Shown here: piece by piece, positions 46,278-58,371 of the stretch
Numbering within the stretch: the first letter of the stretch is position 1
How the letters are laid out: each line of letters opens with the position of its first letter
NCBI RefSeq assembly: GCF_964194155.1
Contig: NC_135903.1
Coordinates: 1,488,001 to 1,552,000 of the forward strand
Origin: Cetorhinus maximus
Lineage: Eukaryota
Direction of reading: 5' to 3'
Length of the DNA: 64,000 bases
Notes under the pieces: model-generated
What the model was told of the DNA's origin: nothing
The model's database searches: none
The model's input: only the letters and a program-made list of their open reading frames with translations
Position numbers and translations under genes: made by a program

Positions 46278-48245
46278 ATCTCATTTACAGTTATCTTTTG
46301 TAAGAAGTAAGAATGGTTTATTTGCAGAAATGAGTTTCTGAGACCATGAAATGAAGGCTTAATGCTGAAAATGAATTGTTAATGTGTAAGTCTGAACTGT
46401 GTTGTTATCAGAATTCATGTGGATTATTTTGATATATATGTATTTGGAAAAATAAATACTTTTGAAAATAATAGTGATGATTCAGCTTTTTTACCCTGTA
46501 TAAAGAAACTAAAGTGACTCAGCGGAGAGACTAGACGTTTAGTTCCTATATTCTCAGTGAGGAAAAACATATTTTAATTTGGATTCACCTAAAACCCAGA
46601 GAAAAAATTCTATTTGTCAAGATCTGTCTCCAACTGGTCTCACTCCAGAAAACAATATATCAAATGATTGCACAGACCCAGTGCACCAAATCTCTGTATT
46701 ACTCTGCAGCCTGACAATGAGCAGCAACAACAGCTTATCTTCCAACACAGACACCAGACTGGACACCACTCCATTACTGATGGTGGAATCCTCTTTCATT
46801 GGAGTTACCTGTTCAATTTAAATAATTGGGAGGAAAAGCAAAGTTAGTTGCATTGTAAGCAACTTTTATAAAGTTTCTGTGAAATAATATTACTGATCCT
46901 GTACTATTGAACATAAGAACATCTGGAACAGGAGAACGCGTAGGCCATTCGGCCCCTCAAGCCTCCTTCACCATTCAATGCATCACAGTTTACCTAATTC
47001 TGGACGTAATTCCACCTTCCTCTCCGTTCCCCACAACCCTTGACTCCATTGTCAATCCAAAATCCATCTAACAGCCTTGAATATAATCAAAGACCTAGCA
47101 CTCCTGCTCACTGTGGAAGAGAGTTCCAATCACAAAGGCCCCTCTGAGAGAAGAAATTTCTCGGCATCTCCATCTTAAGTGGCAGACCTCTTATTTTTAA
47201 AGTGCCTCCTAGTTCTTGATTTCCCCCCTGAGGGAGAACATCCTCTCAGCAGCTATCCTGTCCAGCCCCAAAGAATCTTCCACACTTCAATAAGGGATCT
47301 GTATCTTACTGGATCAGTGTGGTGTGTAATATTTCTTGCAGTGTCAGTCAGCAGTTATATTCCTTCAGCAAATTTACTGTATGATACTGACGGACAAACA
47401 GCTCGTGTGTTTAGGTTGATGCTGGACAGTGGGAAACATCAACAATCATATCACAGGTTGCGGAATACGTGATTAACACCACAGCTTATTTATTTGTTAA
47501 AATGTTAAATGGTGTAAAAATGTAAATCCAGCCTCTGAACTTAGACTGAACCTGGAATCTATTTGATCGTAACGCTGCCAAAACACACCTGAGAATAAAG
47601 ATTTATGTTGTAGTTTATAGGAAACTCCTGTGTGTGATGGAAACTCTCATTTACCAATTTAGGAAGTTATGATGTTGAGAACTTGGCAACAACATTAATA
47701 GGCTGGGCCTTCATATTCATGAATTTAACATAATACAATATAAAATTAAAACATTGCTACATTTTATCAATAATATGTTGTCAATGTTGATGTTATCAGT
47801 GAAGAGACCAGAGGGAAGATGAGCAGTTTTCATTTGTGTTGTTTTTTGTTACTGGAATGGATGGAGTGAAAGGGTAGATTCTATGGCAACTTTCAATATG
47901 GAAAAAGATATATACCTGCAAAGAAATAATTTGCAGAGTTTTGGCGAAAGAGCAGGGAAGTCGGGAGTAATTGGATAGCACTTTCAAAGACCTGACATAG
48001 GTGTGGTGGACCGAATGGCCTCATTTTGAGCTGAGAGATTCTGGACCTGTCAGTAATTTATTATTAATTTTCTATATTTGCAAATCTTATATCAAAATAC
48101 ATAATGGACAACATGATTTAGTAATTATGAATTACACAGCAGCTTTATATGTATCTATTCTGTTTCTAAATCTATGTTATTAGGATTAGAATGGAATTAA
48201 TGCCTCAATCCGAACTTCACTCTTACAAAACTGATTTGAATTTCA

Positions 48246-48859
48246 AAAACAAAAACAGAAATACCTGGAAAAACTCAGATGGTCTGGTAGCATCGGTGGA
48301 GAAGAGGACAGTTGACGTTTCGAATCCTCATGACCCTTCAACAGAACTAAGTAAAAATAGGAAATGGGTGAAATATAAGCTGGTTTAAGGGGGGGTGGGT
48401 GGGACAAGAAGAGTTGGCTAGAGGGCCAGTGATAGGTGGAGATAACCAAAAGATGTCATAGACAAAAGGAAAAAAGAGGTGTTGAAGGGAGTGATATTAT
48501 TTAAAGGAATGTGCTAAGTAAGGGTAGAAAGCAGGACGAGCAAGGTACAGATAGCCCTAGTGGGGGGTGGGGTGGGGTGAAGGAATACTAAAAAGGCTAA
48601 AAAGTAAAGATAAAGTAATGGATGGAAATACATTTAAATATAATGGAAATAGGTGGGAAAGGAAAAATCCATATAAATTTTGGAAAAAACAAAAAGGAGG
48701 GGGGAAAACGGAAAGGGGGTGGGGATGGAGGAGAGAGTTCATGATCTAAAATTGTTGAACTCAATATTCAGTCTGGAAGGTTGTAAAGTGCCTAGTCGGA
48801 AGATGAGGTGCTGTTCCTCCAGTTTGCTTTGAGATTCACTGGAACAATGCAGCAAGCCA
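48246..48859 (-). mobile_element. Penelope-like fragment, spacer 8-9
   Basis: Same insertion and TSD. Confidence 0.85.
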
Positions 48860-49090
48860 ATTTGAATTTCACTCTTTTTCATTGATAGATGTGGCTTCAA
48901 CATCTCAGAAATCAATGAAAACAGCAATACTAGAAAGAAAAAGACCACATTCTCTCATAGAATCTGTTCAAAGTTCATTCAGTTAAACGCATCTTATTCT
49001 CAGAATATCTCATGTGTTTACACTTGCTCTGCCTTCTGTGAGGCTGTCAATCATTAACAATGCTCCTCCCATCTGTTCCCTCACTGGCTG

Positions 49091-49263
49091 AGTACATTCC
49101 AGAAGTCTCTGGAACGGCTCCAGTGGGTGTCACTGAGTCGAGTCATTCTTGTTTAAAGCAAGGCTGGGATGAGATGTCATTTATTTGCAGCTCACGTGTC
49201 ATGAGTCCAGCAAAGTTGAGTTCATTCTGGAAATGTCTGGGTTTCTGGGAGTAGAATATATAA
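49091..49263 (+). promoter_or_regulatory. hsp30 copy 9 promoter
   Basis: HSEs + TATATAA. Confidence 0.85.
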
Positions 49264-49356
49264 GGCGTGTGTTCTGAGTGCTGCAGCAGATCAGAGACTG
49301 AAGACTGGGAGTTCACATCAGTCGGTTTGAGAGAAGTGAGAGAAGAGGCAGAGACA

Positions 49357-50016
49357 ATGCTGAGCTGTCGGGCTTTCCACCCTTCACGTCTGTGCCAGCA
49401 GCCTGTGTACACATTGTGGCCTGTTCCACACAGGGTCTGGGAGCCTCTTGAATGCAACAGGTGGAAAGAGGTGGAAGAAGTGAGAAAGAGCATGAACTTC
49501 ATGGAGCGAGTTCTTGAGGAGATGGCAAAAGAATTTTGGGAGGAAAAACCAAGAAATCAGGACAAGAGACCTGATGATAATGAAGAAGGGAAAAGACAAT
49601 CAGAGGACAAGGAGGGAGATGGCTTTTCCCTGTCCCTGGATGTCCAGCGATTCTCCCCAGAAGAACTGAATGTGAAAGTACTTGGAAGAAAAGTGCTGGT
49701 GACAGGAAAACACGAGAAGAAAAGTGATGATGGCAGCGGCTCTTCCAGCTTCAATTATGAAGAGTTGAGGAGAGAATTTCAGCTGCCAGAAGATGTCGAT
49801 GCTGAAGCTCTTAACTGCTGTTTGTCACAGGACGGTCGGTTAAAGGTTCAAGCCCCACGCCTGGCACTGCCTGCTGTGAATGAACGAACCGTGCCCGTCA
49901 ACATCACCTCGGATACAACAACCAGTCCCCGGCTAAATCCTGGCCAAGAGGCAGAGAAACTGGAGAGTGGGAAGGATCAGAGGAAAAATGAGGAGGAAGT
50001 AAAAATGGACAATTAA
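49357..50016 (+). CDS. HSP30: hsp30/HSPB9-like copy 9 (type B)
   Basis: Intact ORF; differs from copy 5 by F>L (EELRR). Confidence 0.93.
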   Translation: MLSCRAFHPSRLCQQPVYTLWPVPHRVWEPLECNRWKEVEEVRKSMNFMERVLEEMAKEFWEEKPRNQDKRPDDNEEGKRQSEDKEGDGFSLSLDVQRFSPEELNVKVLGRKVLVTGKHEKKSDDGSGSSSFNYEELRREFQLPEDVDAEALNCCLSQDGRLKVQAPRLALPAVNERTVPVNITSDTTTSPRLNPGQEAEKLESGKDQRKNEEEVKMDN

Positions 50017-51984
50017 ACCTCAATTACATTTATCTTTTGTACGATGTAAGAATGGTTTATTTGCAGAAATGAGTTTCTGAGACTATGAAACAAAGGCTTA
50101 ATGCTGAAAATGAATTGTTAATGTGTAAGTCTGAACTGTGTTGTTATAAGAATTCATGTGGATTGTTTTTATATATATGTATTTGGAAAAATAAATACTT
50201 TTGAAAATAATAGTGATGATTCAGCTTTTTTACCTTGTATAAAGAAACTAAAGTGACTCAGCGGAGAGACTAGACGTTTAGTTCCTATATTCTCAGTGAA
50301 GAAACACATATTTTAATTTGGATTCACCTAAATCCCAGAGAAAAAATTCTATTTGTCAAGATCTGTGTACAACTGGTCTCAGTCCAGAAAAAAATATATC
50401 AAATTATTGCACAGACCCAGTGCACCACATCTTTGTATTACCCTGCAGCCTGACAATGAGCAGCAACAACAGCTTATCTTCCAACACAGACACCAGACTG
50501 GACACCACTCAATTACTGATGGTGGAATCCTCTTTCATTGGAGTTACCTGTTCAATTTAAATAATTGGGAGTAAAAACAAAGTTATTTGCATTGTAAGCA
50601 ACTTTTATAAAGTTTCTGTGAAATAATAATACTGATCCTGTACTATTGAACATAAGAACATCTGGAACAGGAGCATGCGTAGGCCATTCGGCCCCTCAAG
50701 CCTCCTTCACCGTTCAATGGATCACAGTTTACCTAATTCTGGCCGTAATTCCACCTTCCTCTCCGTTCCCCATAACTCTTGACTCCATTGTCAATCCAAA
50801 ATCCATCTAACAGCCTTGAATATAATCAAAGACCCAGCTCTCCTGCTCACTGTGGAAGAGAGTTCCAATCGCAAACCTCCCTCTGAGAGAAGAAATTTCC
50901 CTGCATCTCCATCTTAAGTGGCAAACCTCTTATTTTTAAAGTGCCTCCTAGTCCTTGACTTCCCCCCTGAGGGAGAATATCCTCTCAGCAGCTATCCTGT
51001 CCAGCCCCAAAGAATCTTCCACACTTCAATAAGGGATCTGTATCTTAATGGATCAGTGTGGTGTGTAATATTTCTTGCAGTGTCAGTCAGCAGTTACATT
51101 CCTTCAGTAAATTTACTGTATGATACTGACGGACAAACAGCTCGTGTGTTTAGGTTGATGCTGGACAGTGGGAAACATCAACAATCGTATCACAGGTTGC
51201 GGAATACGTGAGTAACGCCACAGCTTATTTATTTGTTAAAATGTTAAATGGTGTAAAAATGTAAATCCAGTCTATGAACTTAGACTGAACCTGGAATCTA
51301 TTTGATCGTAATGCTGCCAAAACACACCTGAGAATAAAGATTTATGTTGTAGTTTATAGGAAACTCCTGTGTGTGATGGAAACTCTCATTTACCAATTTA
51401 GGAACTTATGATGTTGAGAACTTGGCAACAACATTAATAGGCTGGGCCTTCATATTCATGAATTTAACATAATACAATATAAAATTAAAACATTGCTACA
51501 TTTTATCAATAATATGTTGTCAATGTTGATGTTATCAGTGAAGAGACCAGAGGGAAGATGAGCAGTTTTCATTTGTGTTGTTTTTTGTTACTGGAATGGA
51601 TGAAGTGAAAGGGTAGATTCTATGGCAACTTTCAATATGGAAAAAGATATATACCTGCAAAGAAATAATTTGCAGAGTTTTGGCGAAAGAGCAGGGAAGT
51701 CGGGAGTAATTGGATAGCACTTTCAAAGACCTGACATAGGTGTGGTGGACCGAATGGCCTCATTTTGAACTGAGAGATTCTGGACCTGTCAGTAATTTAT
51801 TATTAATTTTCTATATTTGCAAATCTTATATCAAAATACATAATGGACAACATGCTTTAGTAATTATGAATTACACAGCAGCTTTATATGTATCTATTGT
51901 GTTTTTAAACCTATGTTATTAGGATTAGAACGGAATTAATGCCTCAATCCAAACTTCACTCTTACAAAACTGATTTGAATTTCA

Positions 51985-52607
51985 AAAACAAAAACAGAAA
52001 TACCTGGAAAAACTCAGCAGGTCTGGCAGCATCGGCGTAGAAGAGCACAGTTGACGTTTCGAGTCCTCACGACCTTTCAACGGAACTAAGTAAAAATAGG
52101 AAAGGGGTGAAATATAATCTGGTTTAAGTGGGGTGGGGTGGGGTTGGGACAAGAAGAGCTAGGTAAAGGGCCAGTGATAGGAGGAGATAACCAAAGGATG
52201 TCACAGACAAAAGGAAAAAAGAGGTGTTGAAGGTGGTGATATTATCTAAAGGAATGTGCTCATTAAGGGTAGAAAGCAGGACGAGCAAGGTACAGATAGC
52301 CCTAGTGGGGGGTGGGGTGGGGTGAAGGAATACTAAAAAGGCTAAAAGGTAAAGATAAAGCAATGGATGGAAATACATTTAAAAATAATGGAAATAGGTA
52401 GGAAAAGAGAAATCCATATAAATTATTGGAAAAAACAAAAAGGAGGGGGGAAGAACGGAAAAGGGGGTGGGAATGGAGGAGAGAGTTCATGATCTAAAGT
52501 TGTTGAACTCAATATTCAGTCTGGAAGGCTGTAAAGTGCCTAGTTGGAAGATGAGGTGCTGTTCCTCCAGTTTGCGTTGGGCTTCACTGGAACATTGCAG
52601 CAAGCCA
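51985..52607 (-). mobile_element. Penelope-like fragment, spacer 9-10
   Basis: Same insertion and TSD. Confidence 0.85.
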
Positions 52608-52844
52608 ATTTGAATTTCACACTTTTTCATTGATAGATGTGGCTTCAACATCTCAGAAATCAATGAAAACAGCAATACTAGAAAGAAAAAGACCGAGTCC
52701 TCATTCTCTCATAATATCTGTTCAAAGTTCATTCAGTTAAACGCATCTTATTCTCAGAATGTCTCATGTGTTTACACTTGCTCTGCCTTCTGTGAGGCTG
52801 TCAATCATTAACAATGCTCCTCCCATCTATTCCCTCATTGGCTG

Positions 52845-53017
52845 AGTACATTCCAGAAGTCTCTGGAACGGCTCCAGTGAGTGTCACTGAGTCGAGTCAT
52901 TCTTGATTAAAGCAAGGCTGGAATGAGATGTCATTTACTTGCAGCTCACGTGTCATAAACCCAGCAAAGTTGAGTTCATTCTGGAAATGTCTGGTTTTCT
53001 GGGAGTAGAGTATATAA
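52845..53017 (+). promoter_or_regulatory. hsp30 copy 10 promoter
   Basis: HSEs + TATATAA, with a few private substitutions. Confidence 0.85.
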
Positions 53018-53110
53018 GGCGTGTGTTCTGAGTGCTGCAGCAGATCAGAGACTGAAGACTGGGAGTTCACATCAGTCGGTTTGAGAGAAGTGAGAGAAGA
53101 GGCAGAGACA

Positions 53111-53770
53111 ATGCTGAGCTGTCGGGCTTTCCACCCTTCACGTCTGTGCCAGCAGCCTGTGTACACATTGTGGCCTGTTCCACACAGGGTCTGGGAGCCG
53201 CTTGAATGCAACAGTTGGAAAGAGGTGGAAGAAGCGAGAAAGAGCATGAACTTCATGGAGCGAGTTCTTGAGGAGCTGGCAAAAGAATTTTGGGAGGAAA
53301 AACCAAGAAATCAGGACAACAAAACTGATGATAATGAAGAAGGCAAAAGACAGTCAGAGGACAAGGAGGGAAATGGCTTTTCTCTGTCCCTGGATGTCCA
53401 GCGATTCTCCCCAGAAGAACTGAATGTGAAAATACTTGGAAGAAAAGTGCTGGTGACAGGAAAACACGAGAAGAAAAGTGATGATGGCAGCGGCTCTTCC
53501 AGCTACAAATTTGAGGAGATCAGGCGAGAATTTAAGCTGCCAGAAGATGTCGATGCTGAAGCTCTTAACTGCTGTTTGTCACAGGACGGTCGGTTAAAGG
53601 TTCAAGCCCCACGCCTGGCACTGCCAGCTGTGAATGAACGAACCGTGCCCGTCAACATCACCTCGGATACAACAACCAGTCTCCGGCTAAATCCTGGCCA
53701 AGAGGCAGAGAAACTGGAGAGTGGGAAGGATGAGAGGAAAAATGAGGAGGAAGTAAAAATGGACAATTAA
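53111..53770 (+). CDS. HSP30: hsp30/HSPB9-like copy 10 (219 aa)
   Basis: Intact ORF; private KFEEIRREFK variant. Confidence 0.93.
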   Translation: MLSCRAFHPSRLCQQPVYTLWPVPHRVWEPLECNSWKEVEEARKSMNFMERVLEELAKEFWEEKPRNQDNKTDDNEEGKRQSEDKEGNGFSLSLDVQRFSPEELNVKILGRKVLVTGKHEKKSDDGSGSSSYKFEEIRREFKLPEDVDAEALNCCLSQDGRLKVQAPRLALPAVNERTVPVNITSDTTTSLRLNPGQEAEKLESGKDERKNEEEVKMDN

Positions 53771-55740
53771 AACTCATTTACAGTTATCTTTTGTAAGAAG
53801 TAAGAATGGTTTATTTGCAGAAATGAGTTTCTGAGACCATGAAATGAAGGCATAATGCTGAAAATGAATTGTTAATGTGTAAGTCTGAACTGTGTTGTTA
53901 TCAGAATTCATGTGGATTCTTTTTATATATATGTATTTGGAAAAATAAATACTTTTGAAAATAATAGTGATGATTCAGCTGTTTTACCTTGTATAAAGAA
54001 ACTAAAGTGACTCAGCGGAGAGACTAGACGTTTAGTTCCTATATTCTCAGTGAGGAAATACATATTTTAATTTGGATTCACCTAAAACCCAGAGAAAAAA
54101 TTCTATTTGTCAAGATCTGTCTCCAACTGGTCTCAGTCCAGTAAACAATATATCAAATTATTGCACAGACCCAGTGCACCAAATCTCTGTATTGCCCTGC
54201 AGCCTGACAATGAGCAGCAACAACAGCTTATCTTCCAACACAGACACCAGACTGGACACCACTCAATTACTGATGGTGGAATCCTCTTTCATTGGGGTTA
54301 CCTGTTCAATTTAAATAATTGGGAGTAAAAGCAAAGTTACTTGCATTGTAAGCAACTTTTATAAAGTTTCCGTGAAATAATAACACTGATCCTGTACTAT
54401 TGAACATAAGAACATCTGGAACAGGAGCATGCGTAGGCCATTCGGCCCCTCAAATCTCCTTCACCATTCAATGCATCACAGTTTACCTAATTCTGGCCGT
54501 AATTCCACCTTCCTCTCCGCTCCCCATAACCCTTGACTCCATTGTCAATCCAAAATCCATCTAACAGCCTTGAATATAATCCAAGACCCAGCTCTCCTGC
54601 TCACTGTGGAAGAGAGTTCCAATCGCAAACCTCCCTCTGAGAGAAGAAATTTCCCTGCATCTCCATCTTAAGTGGCAAACCTCTTATTTTTAAAGTGCCT
54701 CCTAGTTCTTGACTTCCCCCCTGAGGGAGAACATCCTCTCAGCAGCTATCCTGTCCAGCCTCAAAGAATCTTCCACACTTCAATAAGGGATCTGTATCTT
54801 ACTGGATCAGTATGGTGTGTAATATTTCTTGCATTGTCAGTCAGCAGTTACATTCCTTCAGTAAATTTACTGTATGATACTGATGGACAAACAGCTCATG
54901 TGTTTAGGTTGATGCTGGACAGTGGGAAACATCAGCAATCGTATCACAGGTTGTGGAATACGTGAGTAACACCACAGCTTATTTATTTGTTAAAATGTTA
55001 AATGGTGTAAAAATGTAAATCCAGTCTATGAACTTAGACTGAACCTGGAATCTATTTGATCGTAATGCTGCCAAAACACACCTGAGAATAAACATTTATG
55101 TTGCAGTTTATAGGAAACTCCTGTGTGTGATGGAAACTGTCATTTACCAATTTAGGAAGTTATGATGTTGAGAACTTGGCAACAACATTAATAGGCTGGG
55201 CCTTCATATTCATGAATTTAACATAATACAATATATAAAATTAAAACATTTTTACATTTTATCAATAATGTGTTGTCAATGTTGATGTTATCAGTGAAGA
55301 GACCAGAGGGAAGATGAGCAGTTTTCATTTGTGTTGTTTTTTGTTACTGGAATGGATGAAGTGAAAGGGTAGATTCAATGGCAACTTTCAAAATGGAAAA
55401 AGATATATACCTGCAAAGAAATAATTTGCAGAGTTTTGGTGAAAGAGCAGGGGAGTCGGGAGTAATTGGATAGCACTTTCAAAGACCTGACATAGGTGTG
55501 GTGGACCGAATGGCCTCATTTTGAGCTGAGAGATTCTGGACCTGTCAGTAATTTGTTATTAATTTTCTATATTTGCAAATGTTATATCAAAATACATAAT
55601 GGACAACATGCTTTAGTAATTATGAATTACACAGCAGCTTTATATTTGTCTATTCTGTTTATAAACCTATGTTATTAGGATTAGAACGGAATTAATGCCT
55701 CAATCCGAACTTCACTCTTACAAAACTGATTTGAATTTCA

Positions 55741-56350
55741 AAAACAAAGACAGAAATACCTGGAAAAACTCAGCAGGTCTGGCAGCATCGGTGGAGAAGA
55801 GCACAGTTGACGTTTCGAGTCCTCATGACCCTTCAACAGAACTAAGAAAAATAGGAAAGGGGTGAAATATAAGCTGGTTTAAGGAGGGTGGGGGGGGGGC
55901 AGTTGGGACAAGAAGCCAGTGATAGGTGGAGATAACCAAAAGATGTCACAGACAAAAGGAAGAAAGAGGTGTTGACGGTGGTGATATTATCTAAAGGAAT
56001 GTGCTCATTAAGGGTAGAAAGCAGGACGAGCAAGGTACAGATAGCCCTAGTGGGGGTGGGGTGGGGTGAAGGAATACTAAAATGGCTAAAAGGTAAAGAT
56101 AAAGCAATGGATGGAAATACATTTAAAAATAATGGAAATAGGTGGGAACAGAAAAATCTATATAAATTATTGGAAAAAACAAAAAGGAGGGGGGAAAACG
56201 GAAACGGGGTTGGGGATGGAGGAGAGAGTTCATGATCTAAAATTGTTGAACTCAATATTCAGTCTAGAAGGCTGTAAAGTGCCTAGTTGGAAGATGAGGT
56301 GCTGTTCCTCCAGTTTGCTTTGAGATTCACTGGAACAATGCAGCAAGCCA
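55741..56350 (-). mobile_element. Penelope-like fragment, spacer 10-11
   Basis: Same insertion and TSD. Confidence 0.85.
55805..55843 (-). ncRNA. Hammerhead-like motif in the spacer PLE (best-preserved of nine copies)
   Basis: Minus strand AGTT-CTGTTGA-A-GGGTC(atgag)GACTC-GAAA-CG-TC-AACT: helix I AGTT/AACT, helix II, ACGT helix III, GUC site; core has A6>U. Confidence 0.45.
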
Positions 56351-56581
56351 ATTTGAATTTCACTCTTTTTCATTGATAGATGTGGCTTCAACATCTCAGA
56401 AATCAATGAAAACAGCAATACTAGAAAGAAAAACACCACATTCTCTCATAGAATCTGTTCAAAGTTCATTCAGTTAAACACATCTTATTCTCAGAATGTC
56501 TCATGTGTTTACACTTGCTCTGCCTTCTGTGAGGCTGTCAATCATTAACAATGTTCCTCCCATCTGTTCCCTCACTGGCTG

Positions 56582-56754
56582 AGTACATTCCAGAAGTCTC
56601 TGGAACGGCTCCAGTGGGTGTCACTGAGTCGAGTCATTCTTGTTTAAAGCAAGGCTGGGATGAGACGTCATTTGTTTTCAGCTCACGTGTCATAAACCCA
56701 GCAAAGTTGAGTTCATTCTGGAAATGTCTGGGTTCCTGTGAGTAGAATATATAA
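56582..56754 (+). promoter_or_regulatory. hsp30 copy 11 promoter
   Basis: HSEs + TATATAA; TATA-proximal element altered (ttcctgtgag). Confidence 0.8.
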
Positions 56755-56847
56755 GGCGTGTGTTCTGAGTGCTGCAGCAGATCAGAGACTGAAGACTGGG
56801 AGTTCACATCAGTCGGTTTGAGAGAAGTGAGAGAAGAGGCAGAGACA

Positions 56848-57471
56848 ATGCTGAGCTGTCGGGCTTTCCACCCTTCACGTCTGTGCCAGCAGCCTGTGTA
56901 CACATTGTGGCCTGTTCCACACAGGGTCTGGGAGCCGCTTGGATGCAACACGTGGAAAGAGGTGGAAGAAGCGAGAAAGAGCATGAACTTCATGGAGCGA
57001 GTTCTTGAGGAGCTGGCAAAAGAATTTTGGGAGGAAAAACCGAGAAATCGGGACAACAGACCTGATGATAATGAAGAAGGTAAAAGACAATCAGAGGACA
57101 AGGAGGGAGATGGCTTTTCTCTGTTCCTGGATGTCCAGCGATTCTCTCCAGAAGAACTGAATGTGAAAATACTTGGAAGAAAAGTGCTGGTGACAGGAAA
57201 ACACGAGAAGAAAAGTGATGATGGCAGCGGCTCTTCCAGCTACAAATATGAAGAGTTGAGGAGAGAATTTCAGCTGCCAGAAGATGTCGATGCTGAAGCT
57301 CTTAACTGCTGTTTGTCACAGGACGGTCGGTTAAAGGTTCAAGCCCCACCCCTGGCACTGCCAGCTGTGAATGAACGAACCGTGCCCGTCAACATCACCT
57401 CGGATATAACAACCAGTCCCCGGCTAAATCCTGGCCAAGAGGCCCCAAAACTGGAGAGTGGAAAACAATGA
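56848..57471 (+). CDS. HSP30: hsp30/HSPB9-like copy 11, C-terminally truncated (207 aa)
   Basis: Frameshift after ESGK gives an early TGA; the ancestral MDN* remnant follows at ~57499-57510. Confidence 0.8.
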   Translation: MLSCRAFHPSRLCQQPVYTLWPVPHRVWEPLGCNTWKEVEEARKSMNFMERVLEELAKEFWEEKPRNRDNRPDDNEEGKRQSEDKEGDGFSLFLDVQRFSPEELNVKILGRKVLVTGKHEKKSDDGSGSSSYKYEELRREFQLPEDVDAEALNCCLSQDGRLKVQAPPLALPAVNERTVPVNITSDITTSPRLNPGQEAPKLESGKQ

Positions 57472-57812
57472 GGGGAACAAGGAATAGGAAGAAGAAAAAT
57501 GGACAATTAAACCTCAATTACATTCATCTTTTGTACGATGTAAGAATGGGTGATTTGCAGAAATGAGTTTCTGAGACTATATTATGAAGGCACAATGGTA
57601 AAAATTAATTGTTTTGACATTGTATGTTTGAACTGTGTTGTTAGCCGCGTTCATGTGGATTATTTTTATATATATTTATATTGGAACAATCAATACTTTT
57701 GAAAAAAATGATTTTTGACTTGAAATGACTTTTTCTCTTCATAAAATGAAACTGATCTTGAAAAACTGAAAAACTAGACACTTATTACTTTTACTCAGTA
57801 AAAAAACACATT

Positions 57813-58371
57813 GGCGAAAATGTTACACTCCCCCACGCCCAGCGGTTTCTGAAGTGGGGGTGGGGTGAAACGTGCAGTTGGATGGACGGATTCCCTCTGG
57901 GTTCCTGAGAGGACTGACCTTGCAGCAATTTTACTCTGGGGCGGACAGGGGCTCTGAGGGGAAACCTGACCTTGCCCCAGTTAAGGTCCTTCAGTAGCCA
58001 CATAATGCCAGTTAAGGGCTGTTTCTTGCCAACCTCAATCTTTAGGCTGGCGCGCTGATGACAGCTCAGGTGGGAAAACCCGTAAATGAAGAGATTTTGA
58101 TCTCGGGTGGGAAGGGGGCTGGTGGGTGACTCACATCAGAAGTCCCCTTCTGACTGGAGGTGCCCTCTCCTGTGGGCCTGGTGACCTCTGGACCTCCCTC
58201 CCCTGCCGGCCTATCGTCCGAGAGCCCGATCCCCCCCATCGGAACTCCCCAGGCCTCCCCTACCTTCCCCACCCGGACCCCTGACAGATTTTGCTGCACT
58301 TCCAGGGTCTTAGTCCCAGGAAGCTTCGCGCAGCTAGTGCGCCTTTCCCTGTCATCCCAAAAATTCAGAGC
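57813..58371. mobile_element. Second copy of the GC-rich MITE
   Basis: Homologous to 20943-21515, at the same insertion point with ATT flanks. Confidence 0.65.
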
